Below are positions 54,889-64,000 of a stretch of 64,000 bases of DNA, in pieces. Positions within the stretch are counted from its first letter, which is position 1; every line of letters starts with the position of its first letter. Origin of the DNA: an uncultured Holophagales bacterium (lineage in GTDB: Bacteria > Acidobacteriota > Thermoanaerobaculia > Multivoradales > UBA5704); assembly GCA_963842525.1 (NCBI GenBank), contig CAWJGT010000034.1, positions 704,001 to 768,000 of the forward strand, in the 5' to 3' direction. Made by a program: the position numbers and the translations under genes. The notes under the pieces are model-generated. The model was not told the DNA's origin, did no database searches, and saw only the letters and a program-made list of their open reading frames with translations.

Positions 54889-55875
54889 ATGGCATGGGCC
54901 GGGACCAAGGTCTTCGTCACGGGGGTCGACGGCTTCGTGGGCGCCAACCTCGCGCGCACCCTTCTGCACCAGGGCGCCGAGGTCAGCGGCCTCGTCCACC
55001 AGCCTCCCCAGGAGGGCTGCTCGGGCCTGCTGACCTGGGGGATCGCCGGCGCGGTCCACACATGGGTGGGCGACGTCGCCGACGAGGAGCGGCTCGGCGC
55101 GATCCTGGCGCAGGCCCGGCCGCAATGGATCTTTCACCTCGCCGCCCAGGCGACGATCTCCAAAGCGCAGGACCGCGCGTTCGAGACACTGCAGACCAAC
55201 GTGGCGGGGACCTGGAACGTGGTCCACCTTGCCGCACGACTGCCCGCTCTCGAGGGGATCGTAGTCGCCTCAAGCGACAAGGCCTACGGTTCGAGCCCCG
55301 AGCTCCCCTACCGGGAGGAGATGCCCCTGCGCGGCGGATCTGTCTACGACAGCTCCAAGGCTTCCGCCGACCTGATCGCTCGCACGCTGGCCCAGCGCTT
55401 CAACCTCCCGCTGGCCGTCACGCGTTGCGCCAACATCTACGGGCCGGGCGACCTCAACTTCACCCGGATCGTGCCGGATACGATCGCGGCGCTGTGCCGG
55501 GGCGATCGCCCGCAGATCCGGGGCAATGGGCTGCACGAGAGGGACCTGATCTATATCGACGACGTCGTGATGGCCTACCTGACTCTGGCGGCGCGTGTCC
55601 GTGCGCTGCGGATATGCGGCGAAGCGTTCAATTTCGGCTGCGGAGAGGCCGTCCGCGTGATCGATCTCGTCCATCGCATCGTCGACCTGTCGGGCGCCGG
55701 GATCGAGCCCGTCGTCCTCGGAGCGGACACGCCTGTCGAGATCTCTCGCCAGCGGGTCGACGCCGCGAAGGCGCGGCGCCTCCTGGGCTGGTCTCCGGCG
55801 GTGCCCTTGGACGAGGGATTGCGGACCACGATCCACTGGTACCGAGAGCTCTTTCGACGGGAGGACGGTCGATGA
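54889..55875 (+). CDS. NAD-dependent sugar epimerase/dehydratase (extended SDR, CDP-glucose 4,6-dehydratase-like)
   Basis: VFVTGVDGFVG, IFHLAAQ, VASSDKAYG, YDSSK (YxxxK), RCANIYGPGD and RDLIYIDD; RBS GGAGG. Confidence 0.9.
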   Translation: MAWAGTKVFVTGVDGFVGANLARTLLHQGAEVSGLVHQPPQEGCSGLLTWGIAGAVHTWVGDVADEERLGAILAQARPQWIFHLAAQATISKAQDRAFETLQTNVAGTWNVVHLAARLPALEGIVVASSDKAYGSSPELPYREEMPLRGGSVYDSSKASADLIARTLAQRFNLPLAVTRCANIYGPGDLNFTRIVPDTIAALCRGDRPQIRGNGLHERDLIYIDDVVMAYLTLAARVRALRICGEAFNFGCGEAVRVIDLVHRIVDLSGAGIEPVVLGADTPVEISRQRVDAAKARRLLGWSPAVPLDEGLRTTIHWYRELFRREDGR

Positions 55876-58014
55876 TCCCCAGCGAGCGGCAAACGACCCC
55901 TTGGCGAAAGCACGATGGCAGGCTGTATCGTTGGATCGACGCCTTCGTCCTATGCCTCGGACTCGGCATCTGCATCCTGATCTGCAGGGCAGCGTTCGGG
56001 AACACGCCGGCAGCGGTCATCTGGACGGCCCTGATCTGCTTCTATTTCATTTTCTATAGCAGGATCATCCAGATTATTTATTGGTCGTGGGACACCTTGC
56101 GCTATCTGCGGAGATCCTGGGCCCCGCCCGGCACATCTCCCGCCACCGGCGCGGACGAGGAGCAGCTCCCAGTCTTCCACATCCTCGTCGCGGCCTATGA
56201 GTCCGCCGAGAGCATCGGCCCGGTGATCAGGGCCATCGCGAACCAGGGCTATCCGGCGAGCCGGCTGCATGCCTGGTTCATCTGCGAGCACTCCGAGAAG
56301 TTGAAGAAAGAAGAACAGGCGCGGCAGCTCGCCGGTAATGCAACGAGGCCCCTCCCGCCGGACGCCGCCGTGCCGGGAACGCTCTTGCGCTTCTACTGGC
56401 GGTGCGCCGGCGAAGGCCTCGGGTCGCTCGATTCATATCTGCACGAGGTGACCCGGGGCAGGCTGTGCGGTTATCTGAACGACCCGGAGGTCTGGCCCCT
56501 GGCTTTGGAGGATCTCTTGCTGTGGTTTCTCCGCACCCCGGGTCGCAAGCCCGGGATGCTCGCCACCCTGGCTCGTTCGCAGAGCCAGCAGCTAGGGATC
56601 GAGCGCGAGGCGGACCGCATCGAGCAGACGGTCGACCGGATCGTAGAGGATTTCACCCGCCTCCTCGGCTCGCCCGACGTCTACCGGCGATCCGACCTGG
56701 AACTGGAACTCGTCCGCGCCGCGATCCGGAAGCGACCATTGCGCAGGTTAGCCCGGGAGCTGTTCGCCCCGCTGGCGGCAGCCGGTATGGAAGTCTGCAT
56801 CCCGGACCTTGCGGTGATCGAGCGGACCGCCCGGCGCCTGACGCCCTCGACCCAGGAGGTGGTCCAGCAGGCGATCGAACGGCTGCCGAGCGGTAACCTC
56901 CACCTGCTCGATCCCCACAACCGGGGCTTCAAGCCGGGCGCCCTCAACGCGGCCTACCGCGAGATCAAAAAGGCAGGCCTGCTGGCAAATCCCGGGGATG
57001 TCTATTTCCTGATCATCGATTCGGATTCCCTCCTCCCGGCGAACGCGCTACGGGCTGCCGCCGCGGAGGTACTCCGCAACGGCCAAGAGCGCTCGATCCT
57101 ACAGATGGCCTCGATACCCACCGCCAATTTCTTCGCCGAGGGCTGGTTCTCGAAGTTCATTGCCTTCGCCGATGCCATTGGGGCGGTCGGCAAATGGTCG
57201 CGCAGCACACGGCGGCAGCTCAAGCCCGACCTGCACGCCGGCTCGGGCGTGGTCGTCCCCGCCACGCTGACCGAGATCGTCGAGCGGATTGCGGGCAGGC
57301 CCTGGGACGAGTCGACCCTGACCGAGGACGCGCGTCTCATCATCGGCCAGTTCGGCCTCATGAACGGCGCCCGCAACAAGACCGGGATGGTCCCGGTCTA
57401 TCTCCTCGAGGCGGTACCGAACCAGCCGGGAGCTCCTGGCGACCTACAGATCGTTCTGGAACCAGAGAAAGCGTTGGACGACCGGGGGATACGACGAGTT
57501 CCTTAATCTGCTGTTCCCTCCCTCCTCCCTTCTCTACACCCGCTTCGATCCCGACGCCGGCCGCTGGGGAACCTTCATGCCGGAGCGCCGCGAGCGGGCC
57601 ACTGCAAGGGTCCGGCAGATCTCTCGTCTCTTGCACTGGAGTCTGGACCACTTCTGGTGGGGTATAGGCGGCTTCATCGTGATGACGCACTGGTGGATCA
57701 TTTCCCTGACCGTCACCGCACCGGGCGGGCTGATCCCCGCGATCGGCATGGCCACCCTGGTGTTGACCCCGCTCGTCTGCCTCTCGACGTCGGCGTCGCA
57801 ACTGTCCTGGTTCATTCCCGGGGGGCTCTCCTTTCGCAGGCTCTGCGCCCTGTACCTCCAGGCCTTCCCGGCCATCTGGCTCTACTGCATGCCCGTTGTG
57901 GTGACGCAGTTGGCTTGCGCCCTCGGTCTCCGCCAGCGCTATATCGAATGGAAGTCGACGCAGAAGCCCCGGTATCAGGAGAGTTTCGACAACCTTGGGG
58001 GGATTCCTCGCTGA
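55872..58014 (+). CDS. Membrane GT2 glycosyltransferase (cellulose-synthase-like motifs) with large internal insertion; frameshift at ~57430
   Basis: ATGA-coupled start; 2 N-terminal TMs; ILVAAYES, KPGALN, IIDSDS and LTED. Removing one G at CCGGGAGCT restores WNQRKRW (QxxRW) and joins the 57577..58014 TM-rich frame. Confidence 0.75.
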
Positions 58015-58030
58015 GGTCTCCTTGCTCGAT

Positions 58031-58774
58031 ATGCACCTGGTGAGCCATTTCTGTTCCGCCTTGTGCGCAGGAGTAGCAGCCTCCGCCCTCCTGAGGGACC
58101 GCACCCACGGCTCTCTTTTCACCGTGCCGCTCCTCCTCGGCGCCGGCGCGGTGTTGCCCGACATCGATTCGGTGTCCGTGCTGGTGAGCCACCAGGTCTT
58201 CTACGCAAGCTCCTGGTACTCCCATCGCGGCATGGCGCACTCGCCGTTCGGGGCCCTGCTCCTGGCCGCCGCCGCAGCCACGATGGCGGGGAGCTTTCGG
58301 AAAGGCACTGCCTGGCTCGCGCCGGCCCGGCCGTGGCTCGTGCGCTTCACCTGTCTCTCTTTGGGCGCGCTCCTCCATATCGTCGAGGATCTGCCTTGCC
58401 CGCGAGACCCCTGGCAGGGATTGATGCTGCTGTTCCCCTTGTCCGATCACCGGTTCGGCGGCTGGGGCCATATCTTCTGGGTCAACGAATTCCTGATGGT
58501 CCTGTTCTCGGCCGGGGCGCTCGCGTCGGCCGGCCTCCTGCTCTTCCTGCAACGGCGGCCGAAGCCACGGAGGGCCGGCCCCATCACGGGGCTCCTGGTC
58601 GGTCTGGACGCAGCGGTCCTGGCGTTGGCCCTCGTCTTCGTGACGGTCTCCAGGTATGAGTCGCCGGAGCAGTGGCAGCGTCATCAGGAACGGCTCATGG
58701 GTCCGGCCCTGTACCGGGCCGCCAAGTCTCTCAACCAAGCGGTCGAGCCGATCTGGTCGCGGGAGCTGCTGTGA
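58031..58774 (+). CDS. Membrane-bound metal-dependent hydrolase (YdjM/DUF457-like)
   Basis: M..VSH, GAVLPDID, SHRGMAHS, LHIVEDL and G..LLFP motifs. Confidence 0.82.
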   Translation: MHLVSHFCSALCAGVAASALLRDRTHGSLFTVPLLLGAGAVLPDIDSVSVLVSHQVFYASSWYSHRGMAHSPFGALLLAAAAATMAGSFRKGTAWLAPARPWLVRFTCLSLGALLHIVEDLPCPRDPWQGLMLLFPLSDHRFGGWGHIFWVNEFLMVLFSAGALASAGLLLFLQRRPKPRRAGPITGLLVGLDAAVLALALVFVTVSRYESPEQWQRHQERLMGPALYRAAKSLNQAVEPIWSRELL

Positions 58775-60384
58775 CCGAGCCGCGAGAGCCGGCGCCACGC
58801 GGAGGCCTCGGGGTCCTGGCGGGATTTCTTTTCGCTCTGTGGATCGCGATTTCGATCACCTGGGTCCGGCGTCAGGGCGCGATGCAAATGCTCTGGTTTT
58901 GTGACGTCGCCCTGCTCATGACCGCTCTCGGTCTGTTCCTCCGGAGCGCGCGTCTGGTCACGGCCCAACTCGTGGCCCTCCTCCTGTTCCACGCCATATG
59001 GAGCCTCGAGCTCTGGCTGTGCCTGCTGGGAGGGTACCTGCCCCTCGGGGCAACCGCGTACATGTTCTATCCGGGGTTCAGCCTGTGGGAGAAGACTCTC
59101 TCCTTTTTCTCCCATACTTTCGTCGTACCGGCCGCTCTCTATGGAGCGTTCGTGCTCGGGGCGCCTCGCCGGGCGTGGCTCTTCCAATGGGCCCAGACCT
59201 GCGCAATTTTCGGCCTGACCTTCCTGCTCACCAATCCGGCGGAGAACATCAACTGGCTTTTCGGCATGGAGCTGCTGCGACCGGCGACCCGGGAACAATC
59301 GATCCTCTATTACTCCGCCATGGTCGTGCTTCCTCCGTTCCTCGCCTACCTACCCACCAACCGGCTGATCACCTCACTCGCACAGCGGCACGCACCCTCC
59401 GAGGCCTGGAGGATCTCTCCCCTCCAGCTCTTGGCTGCGCTGCTCGCCGCTGTCGCGATTTCGTTCGGAGTCTCGCTGTGGATCGATCGGGAATTCGGGT
59501 GCGACTCGCGCTCTGTCGCGACGGTAACGCCGGAGCCGTCTCCCATCGAGAAGCTCCCGACGTCCCGCATCTCCACCACGGTCGATCACATCGGGTTCGG
59601 GCCGGGATCGGCTCGGCGTGCGGTCTTGCGAACGCTCCCCTCCACCGAGCTTCCACGGCAGCCGTCCGGGCCCGAGGGGCGCTGGCGGGTGCATATGAAG
59701 CCCCTGCTGCACGTCGTCCCGGCCGGCCTGCTGCCCGCCGTTCCCCAAGAGGTCGTGCTGGCAGGAAGACGCAGCGTTCCCGGGAGCATCGTCTATGGGG
59801 TCGTCGCCTCCGACGACGTCTATCTGCAGCCGCTCAGCGATCTGCACCGCCATCGCCGCCGGTTCGAGGTCCCGCTCCAGATCGGCGGGCGCGGTCTCTC
59901 GGAGTTCGTGGACCCGCAGACGGGCGAGCTCTATGAGCCGACGGACCAGAATGAGATCCTGGGCAATGGGACCGGCGGCGTCTATGCCGTCGGCGCCCTT
60001 GAGGTTGTCGACCGGAAGGTCGTGGCGCGCTCCCCCTTCTTCCTGGTCAAGCGACAGGGAATCCGATTTCCCGAGGACCTCTGGTTCACGCTGCGGGGGA
60101 GCCGCCGCCGACCTCTGCTCGCCCGCGCCGGCAAGCCGCGCGGATTCCGGATCGCCTTCCAATCCTCGCCGTTTCCGGACAAAGTCCCTCCCGATGTCTA
60201 CATTGCCGATTTCTTTGGCTATGACGTTCGGAACGTCAGCAACACACCGCGAGCGTTCAACGGGTTCGTAGGGCCAGATGGGTCTTCTTGTGGCGCGACG
60301 GGCTGGAGTGACCCGGAGACGCTCCGGTACTGCACCGATCTGCGGGGGACCCTCGCGATCGCCGAAGCGCGCGTGATCGACTGA
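58771..60384 (+). CDS. Hypothetical polytopic membrane protein with soluble C-terminal domain
   Basis: GTGA-coupled start; about 8 TMs with LWFCDVAL, SH and ENINW motifs, then ~290 soluble residues. Confidence 0.6.
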   Translation: MTEPREPAPRGGLGVLAGFLFALWIAISITWVRRQGAMQMLWFCDVALLMTALGLFLRSARLVTAQLVALLLFHAIWSLELWLCLLGGYLPLGATAYMFYPGFSLWEKTLSFFSHTFVVPAALYGAFVLGAPRRAWLFQWAQTCAIFGLTFLLTNPAENINWLFGMELLRPATREQSILYYSAMVVLPPFLAYLPTNRLITSLAQRHAPSEAWRISPLQLLAALLAAVAISFGVSLWIDREFGCDSRSVATVTPEPSPIEKLPTSRISTTVDHIGFGPGSARRAVLRTLPSTELPRQPSGPEGRWRVHMKPLLHVVPAGLLPAVPQEVVLAGRRSVPGSIVYGVVASDDVYLQPLSDLHRHRRRFEVPLQIGGRGLSEFVDPQTGELYEPTDQNEILGNGTGGVYAVGALEVVDRKVVARSPFFLVKRQGIRFPEDLWFTLRGSRRRPLLARAGKPRGFRIAFQSSPFPDKVPPDVYIADFFGYDVRNVSNTPRAFNGFVGPDGSSCGATGWSDPETLRYCTDLRGTLAIAEARVID

Positions 60385-60390
60385 ATGGGC

Positions 60391-61662
60391 CTACGAGAGG
60401 CTCTCCTTCTCGTTCTCCACCAACCCCTCTCCCCCCTCCACCCCCCGCACCACCTTGTCGACGATCTCCAGGGGCTCGATCTCGTCGCCTCCCGCGGCGC
60501 CCAGTTCCTGGAAGCGGCGGGCGGCGGGGAGGACGCGGCTTTCGAGCGAGCCGACGGCGCGGTTGTAGGCGTCGACGCTCTGGCCGAGCGAGCGGCCCAT
60601 CTGGTCAAGGTGGGTGGCGAAGGTGCGCAGGCGCTCGTAGAGGGACTTGCCCAGATCGCTGATGGCGCGGGCGTTCTGCTCCACCTGCTCCTGCCGCCAG
60701 CCGTAGGCCACGGCCCGCAGCAGCGCGATCAGAGTGGTCGGGGTTGCCAGGATGACCCGCTGCTCCACCCCGACCTCGATGAGCGACGGGTCCTGCTCCA
60801 GGGCGGCGCTGAAGAAGGTCTCTCCAGGGAGGAAGAGCACGACGAACTCCGGGGCCGGCTCGAACTGGCTCCAGTAGCTCTTCATGGCCAGTTTCTGGAG
60901 ATGGACCCGGATCTGCCGGGCGTGCTCGCGGAGCCGGGCTCGGCGTCCTTCGTCATCCGGCATATCAAGCGCGTCGAGATAGGCATCGAGCGGCGCCTTG
61001 GCGTCGATCACCACGTGCTTGCGGTTGGGCAGACGCACCACGAGATCGGGCCGCAGCCGGCCGTCGCCCGTGTCCACCGTGGCCTGGGTCGCGAAGTCGC
61101 AATAGGCCACCATCCCGGCCATCTCGACCACGCGCTGGAGCTGGATTTCCCCCCAGCGTCCGCGCGCCGCCGGGTTGCGCAAGGCGCCCACCAGCCGGAC
61201 GGTCTCGCGTTCGAGCCTCGACTGCGCCTCGGCCAGGCCCTGGAGGTGCGCGGTGAGGCCGCTGTAGGCCACGGCCCGCGCGGTCTCGATCTCCTGGATC
61301 TTCCGGTCCATCTTCTGGAGCGACTCGGCGAGCGGCCGGACCACCTCGCCGATCGCCTGCTGGCGCAGGTCCAGGTCGCCCCGGGCCGTCTCCTGGAACC
61401 TTTCCAGCGTCGCCTTCGCCAGGTGCAGGAACGAGGCGTTGTTGCCCTGGAGGGCCTCGGAGGACAGCGCCTTGAAGGTGTCCCCGAGCCGCGCCTGTGC
61501 CTGGTCGAGGAGCCGCAGCTTCTCCGCCGCGGCCTGCCGCTCCTTCGCCAGCTCGGTCTCCAGTCGGGCGATCTCGGCCCGGGCGAAAAGCCACGCCCCG
61601 GCCGCACCCAGGCCGAAGCCGAGGACGGCCAGAACAAGTGCGGTGAAGGAAAGCTCCATCAC
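60391..61662 (-). CDS. rmuC: DNA recombination protein RmuC
   Basis: N-terminal TM, coiled coil, [26 protein letters not shown]...[11 protein letters not shown] and [10 protein letters not shown]. Confidence 0.93.
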   Translation of the reverse strand: MMELSFTALVLAVLGFGLGAAGAWLFARAEIARLETELAKERQAAAEKLRLLDQAQARLGDTFKALSSEALQGNNASFLHLAKATLERFQETARGDLDLRQQAIGEVVRPLAESLQKMDRKIQEIETARAVAYSGLTAHLQGLAEAQSRLERETVRLVGALRNPAARGRWGEIQLQRVVEMAGMVAYCDFATQATVDTGDGRLRPDLVVRLPNRKHVVIDAKAPLDAYLDALDMPDDEGRRARLREHARQIRVHLQKLAMKSYWSQFEPAPEFVVLFLPGETFFSAALEQDPSLIEVGVEQRVILATPTTLIALLRAVAYGWRQEQVEQNARAISDLGKSLYERLRTFATHLDQMGRSLGQSVDAYNRAVGSLESRVLPAARRFQELGAAGGDEIEPLEIVDKVVRGVEGGEGLVENEKESLS

Positions 61663-61703
61663 CGGACAGGATAGCGGAAACGGGGCGAAATGGGGGTGAG
61701 GAC

Positions 61704-62895
61704 CTACCCCTGCAACAGCGAACGCGCGATCACCAGCCGCTGCATCTCGCTGGTGCCTTCATAGATCGTGGTGACGCGCACGTCGCGGTAGAGGCGGGAG
61801 ATCTCGTAGTCGGCATGGAAGCCGTTGCCGCCGTGGATCTGCAGGCTCTCGGCACAGGCGCGGTTGGCGGCTTCCGAGGCGTAGAGCTTGGCCTGCGCGG
61901 CGAAACGCCCGGCGTGCGGCGTGTGGTCGAGGGCGGCGGCTCCGTGCGTCAGAGTGCGCGCCGCGGCAAGCTCGGTCGCCATCTGGGCGATCTTGAACTG
62001 GATCGCCTGGTGCTGCGCGATGGGCACCCCGAACTGCACCCGGTCCCTGGCGTACTCGATGGCCAGCTCGAACGCCCGCCGGTGGATGCCGACCGCCTGC
62101 GCCGCGATGCCCAGCCGTGAATGGCTCGAGTGTCGCGAAGGCGATCTTGAGCCCCTGGCCTTCCTGGCCCAGGAGGTTGCCCGCCGGCACGCGGCAGCCG
62201 TTGAAGTAGATGTGGGCCGTGCGCGAGGCGTTGAGCCCCATCTTCTCCTCGGGCTGCCCCACCGAGAAGCCGGGCGCATCGGACGACACCACGAAGGCCG
62301 AGAGGCCGCGCTTGCCGGCTTGCGGGTCCGTGCGGGCCACCACTACGTAATAGCGCGCATACCCGGCGTTCGTGATCCAGGCCTTCTCGCCGTCGAGCAC
62401 CCAGAAGTCGCCGTCGCGCCGCGCGGTGGTGCGCAGGCTCGCGGCGTCGCTCCCGGAGCTGGGCTCGGTCAGGCCGAAGCCGCCGAGGGCCTCGCCCGTG
62501 GCCAGCGGCGGCAGGACCCGGCGCTTGAGGTCCTCGCTGCCGAACTGCACGATCGGCCAGGAGCAGACCGAGTTGGTGACGCTCATGGTCACCGACGTGG
62601 CCGGGCACACGCACGCGATCTCCTCCATCGCGAGCAGATAGGTCAGCGTGTCGAGGCCGGGGCCGCCGTACTCTTCAGGGATTATCATGCCGAGCAGGCC
62701 CATCTCCCCCATCTCGCGCAGGACCTCCTCGGGGAACCGGTGCTCGCGGTCGCGTTCCGCCACGCCGGGGCGGATGCGCTCCTCGGCGAAACGCCGCACC
62801 TCCTGGCGCATCAGCTCCTGGTCCTCGGTCAGCGAGAAGTCGATCCCGGAGGCGCTCGCGGCGCCTACGGCGCTTTCAGCAAGGATGGCGACCAT
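61704..62895 (-). CDS. Acyl-CoA dehydrogenase (frameshift at ~62125)
   Basis: [21 protein letters not shown] and EEKMGL in 61759..62895; [15 protein letters not shown] and [18 protein letters not shown] in 61704..62279. Confidence 0.9.
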
Positions 62896-62907
62896 GGCGG
62901 CTCCGCA

Positions 62908-64000
62908 TCAGGCCTTGTTGAGGACCCAGTCGGCGATGACCATCTTGTGGACCTCGCTGGTGCCCTCGTAGATCTCGGTGATGCGCGCGTCGCGGAAGTA
63001 GCGCTCCACGTTGTACTCGCGGGTGTAGCCATAGCCGCCATGGATCTGGAGCGCCTTGTTGGTCACCCGCTGCGCCGCCTCGGCGGCGAACAGCTTGGCC
63101 TGCGCGGCTTCCAGGGTGTAGCGCTTCTGGTTCTCCTTGGCCCAGGCCGCCTTCCAGGTGAGCAGGCGCGAGGCGTCGATCTCGGTCGCCATGTCGGCCA
63201 GGTAGAACTGGATGGCCTGGAACTCGGCGATGGGCTTGCCGAACTGGTGCCGCTGCTCCGCGTAGACGAGCGCCTCCTCGAAGGCCCCCTGGGCGATCCC
63301 GACGGCCTGGGCGGCGATGCCGACACGCCCGCCGTCCAGCGTCGTCATGGCGACCTTGAAGCCCTCGCCCTCCTCGCCCAGCCGCCAGCGGGCCGGGATC
63401 CGCATGTCCTGGAACGACAGCTCGGTGGTGCCCGAGGCGTTGACCCCCAGCTTGTGCTCATGGGTGCCATGGGCATAGCCCGGGGTGTTCGTCGGGACGA
63501 TGAAGCAGGTGATCCCGCGGTGCTTCTTCTCCAGGTCGACGCTGGCGAAGACGATGGCGACGTCGGCGTCGGTCCCGTTGGTGATGAAGACCTTGTTGCC
63601 GTTCAGGATGTAGTCGTCCCCGTCGCGAACATCGCGGCGCGCCGTGGTGCGCAGGGCGGCGGGGTCGCTGCCCGCGCCCGGCTCGGTCAGGGCGAAACAG
63701 CCGAGCTTCTGGCCGCTCGCCAGGGGGGTCAGGAACTCCCGCTTCTGCTCCTCCGTGCCGTACTTGAGCAACGGATCGCAGACCAGCGAGTTGTTGACCG
63801 ACAGGATTACGCCCGAGGAGGCGCAGACGCGGCTGATCTCCTCGATGACCAGGCAGTAGGAGACCGTGTCCATCCCGGCGCCGCCGTACTCTTCGGGGAC
63901 GGAGACCCCGGCTAGGCCGATCTCGCCGGCCTGGTCGTAGAACGAGCGCGGGAACTCGCCCGTCTCGTCGATTTCCTTGGCCCGCGGCTTGACCACCTCT
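62908..64000 (-). CDS. Acyl-CoA dehydrogenase (5' end outside window)
   Basis: [41 protein letters not shown] and RDARITEIYEGTSE. Confidence 0.93.
   Translation of the reverse strand, partial: EVVKPRAKEIDETGEFPRSFYDQAGEIGLAGVSVPEEYGGAGMDTVSYCLVIEEISRVCASSGVILSVNNSLVCDPLLKYGTEEQKREFLTPLASGQKLGCFALTEPGAGSDPAALRTTARRDVRDGDDYILNGNKVFITNGTDADVAIVFASVDLEKKHRGITCFIVPTNTPGYAHGTHEHKLGVNASGTTELSFQDMRIPARWRLGEEGEGFKVAMTTLDGGRVGIAAQAVGIAQGAFEEALVYAEQRHQFGKPIAEFQAIQFYLADMATEIDASRLLTWKAAWAKENQKRYTLEAAQAKLFAAEAAQRVTNKALQIHGGYGYTREYNVERYFRDARITEIYEGTSEVHKMVIADWVLNKA

Noticed and set aside
54705-55871. N-terminal ~390 aa of the 933-aa ORF 54705..57506
   Set aside because: An alternate frame over the epimerase gene; the real GT2 starts at ATG 55872.
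60385-63915. Plus-strand ORFs 60385..61674 and 61888..63915
   Set aside because: Antisense shadows of rmuC and the acyl-CoA dehydrogenases.

Overview
High-GC bacterial window, probably from a long-read assembly; the gene content would fit a soil Acidobacteria- or Myxococcota-like organism (inference only). Positions 1-41 kb are a lipopeptide biosynthetic cluster. On the minus strand, a carbamoyltransferase and an SGNH-like protein precede what appears to be ONE giant NRPS (over 34.9 kb, running off the window): FAAL-ACP, eight complete modules and the start of a ninth. The predicted product is acyl-Dab-D-Ala-D-Asn-Asn-D-Ser-Thr/Dhb-D-Asn-D-Gln-..., and a divergent GT4 glycosyltransferase flanks the cluster. 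The NRPS is broken by ten single-base frameshifts that fall at AGCT or TCGA, which suggests methylation-linked sequencing errors rather than decay. Between the cluster and tRNA-Thr(CGT) lies a 2-kb mosaic: an orphan type I-C-like CRISPR mini-array (2 full repeats plus a truncated third, no cas genes), a hairpin-preceded ssb-like gene, a ChaN-like fragment, a degenerate 21-bp tandem array and a TonB-dependent-receptor tail. The rest holds TonB-C, membrane hydrolases, a zinc-peptidase pair, a DMT transporter, GT2/GT2/flippase/PPIase, a low-GC orphan, an epimerase-GT2-hydrolase-membrane protein operon, rmuC and two acyl-CoA dehydrogenases. Domain calls and specificity codes were read by eye from the translations; no searches were run.
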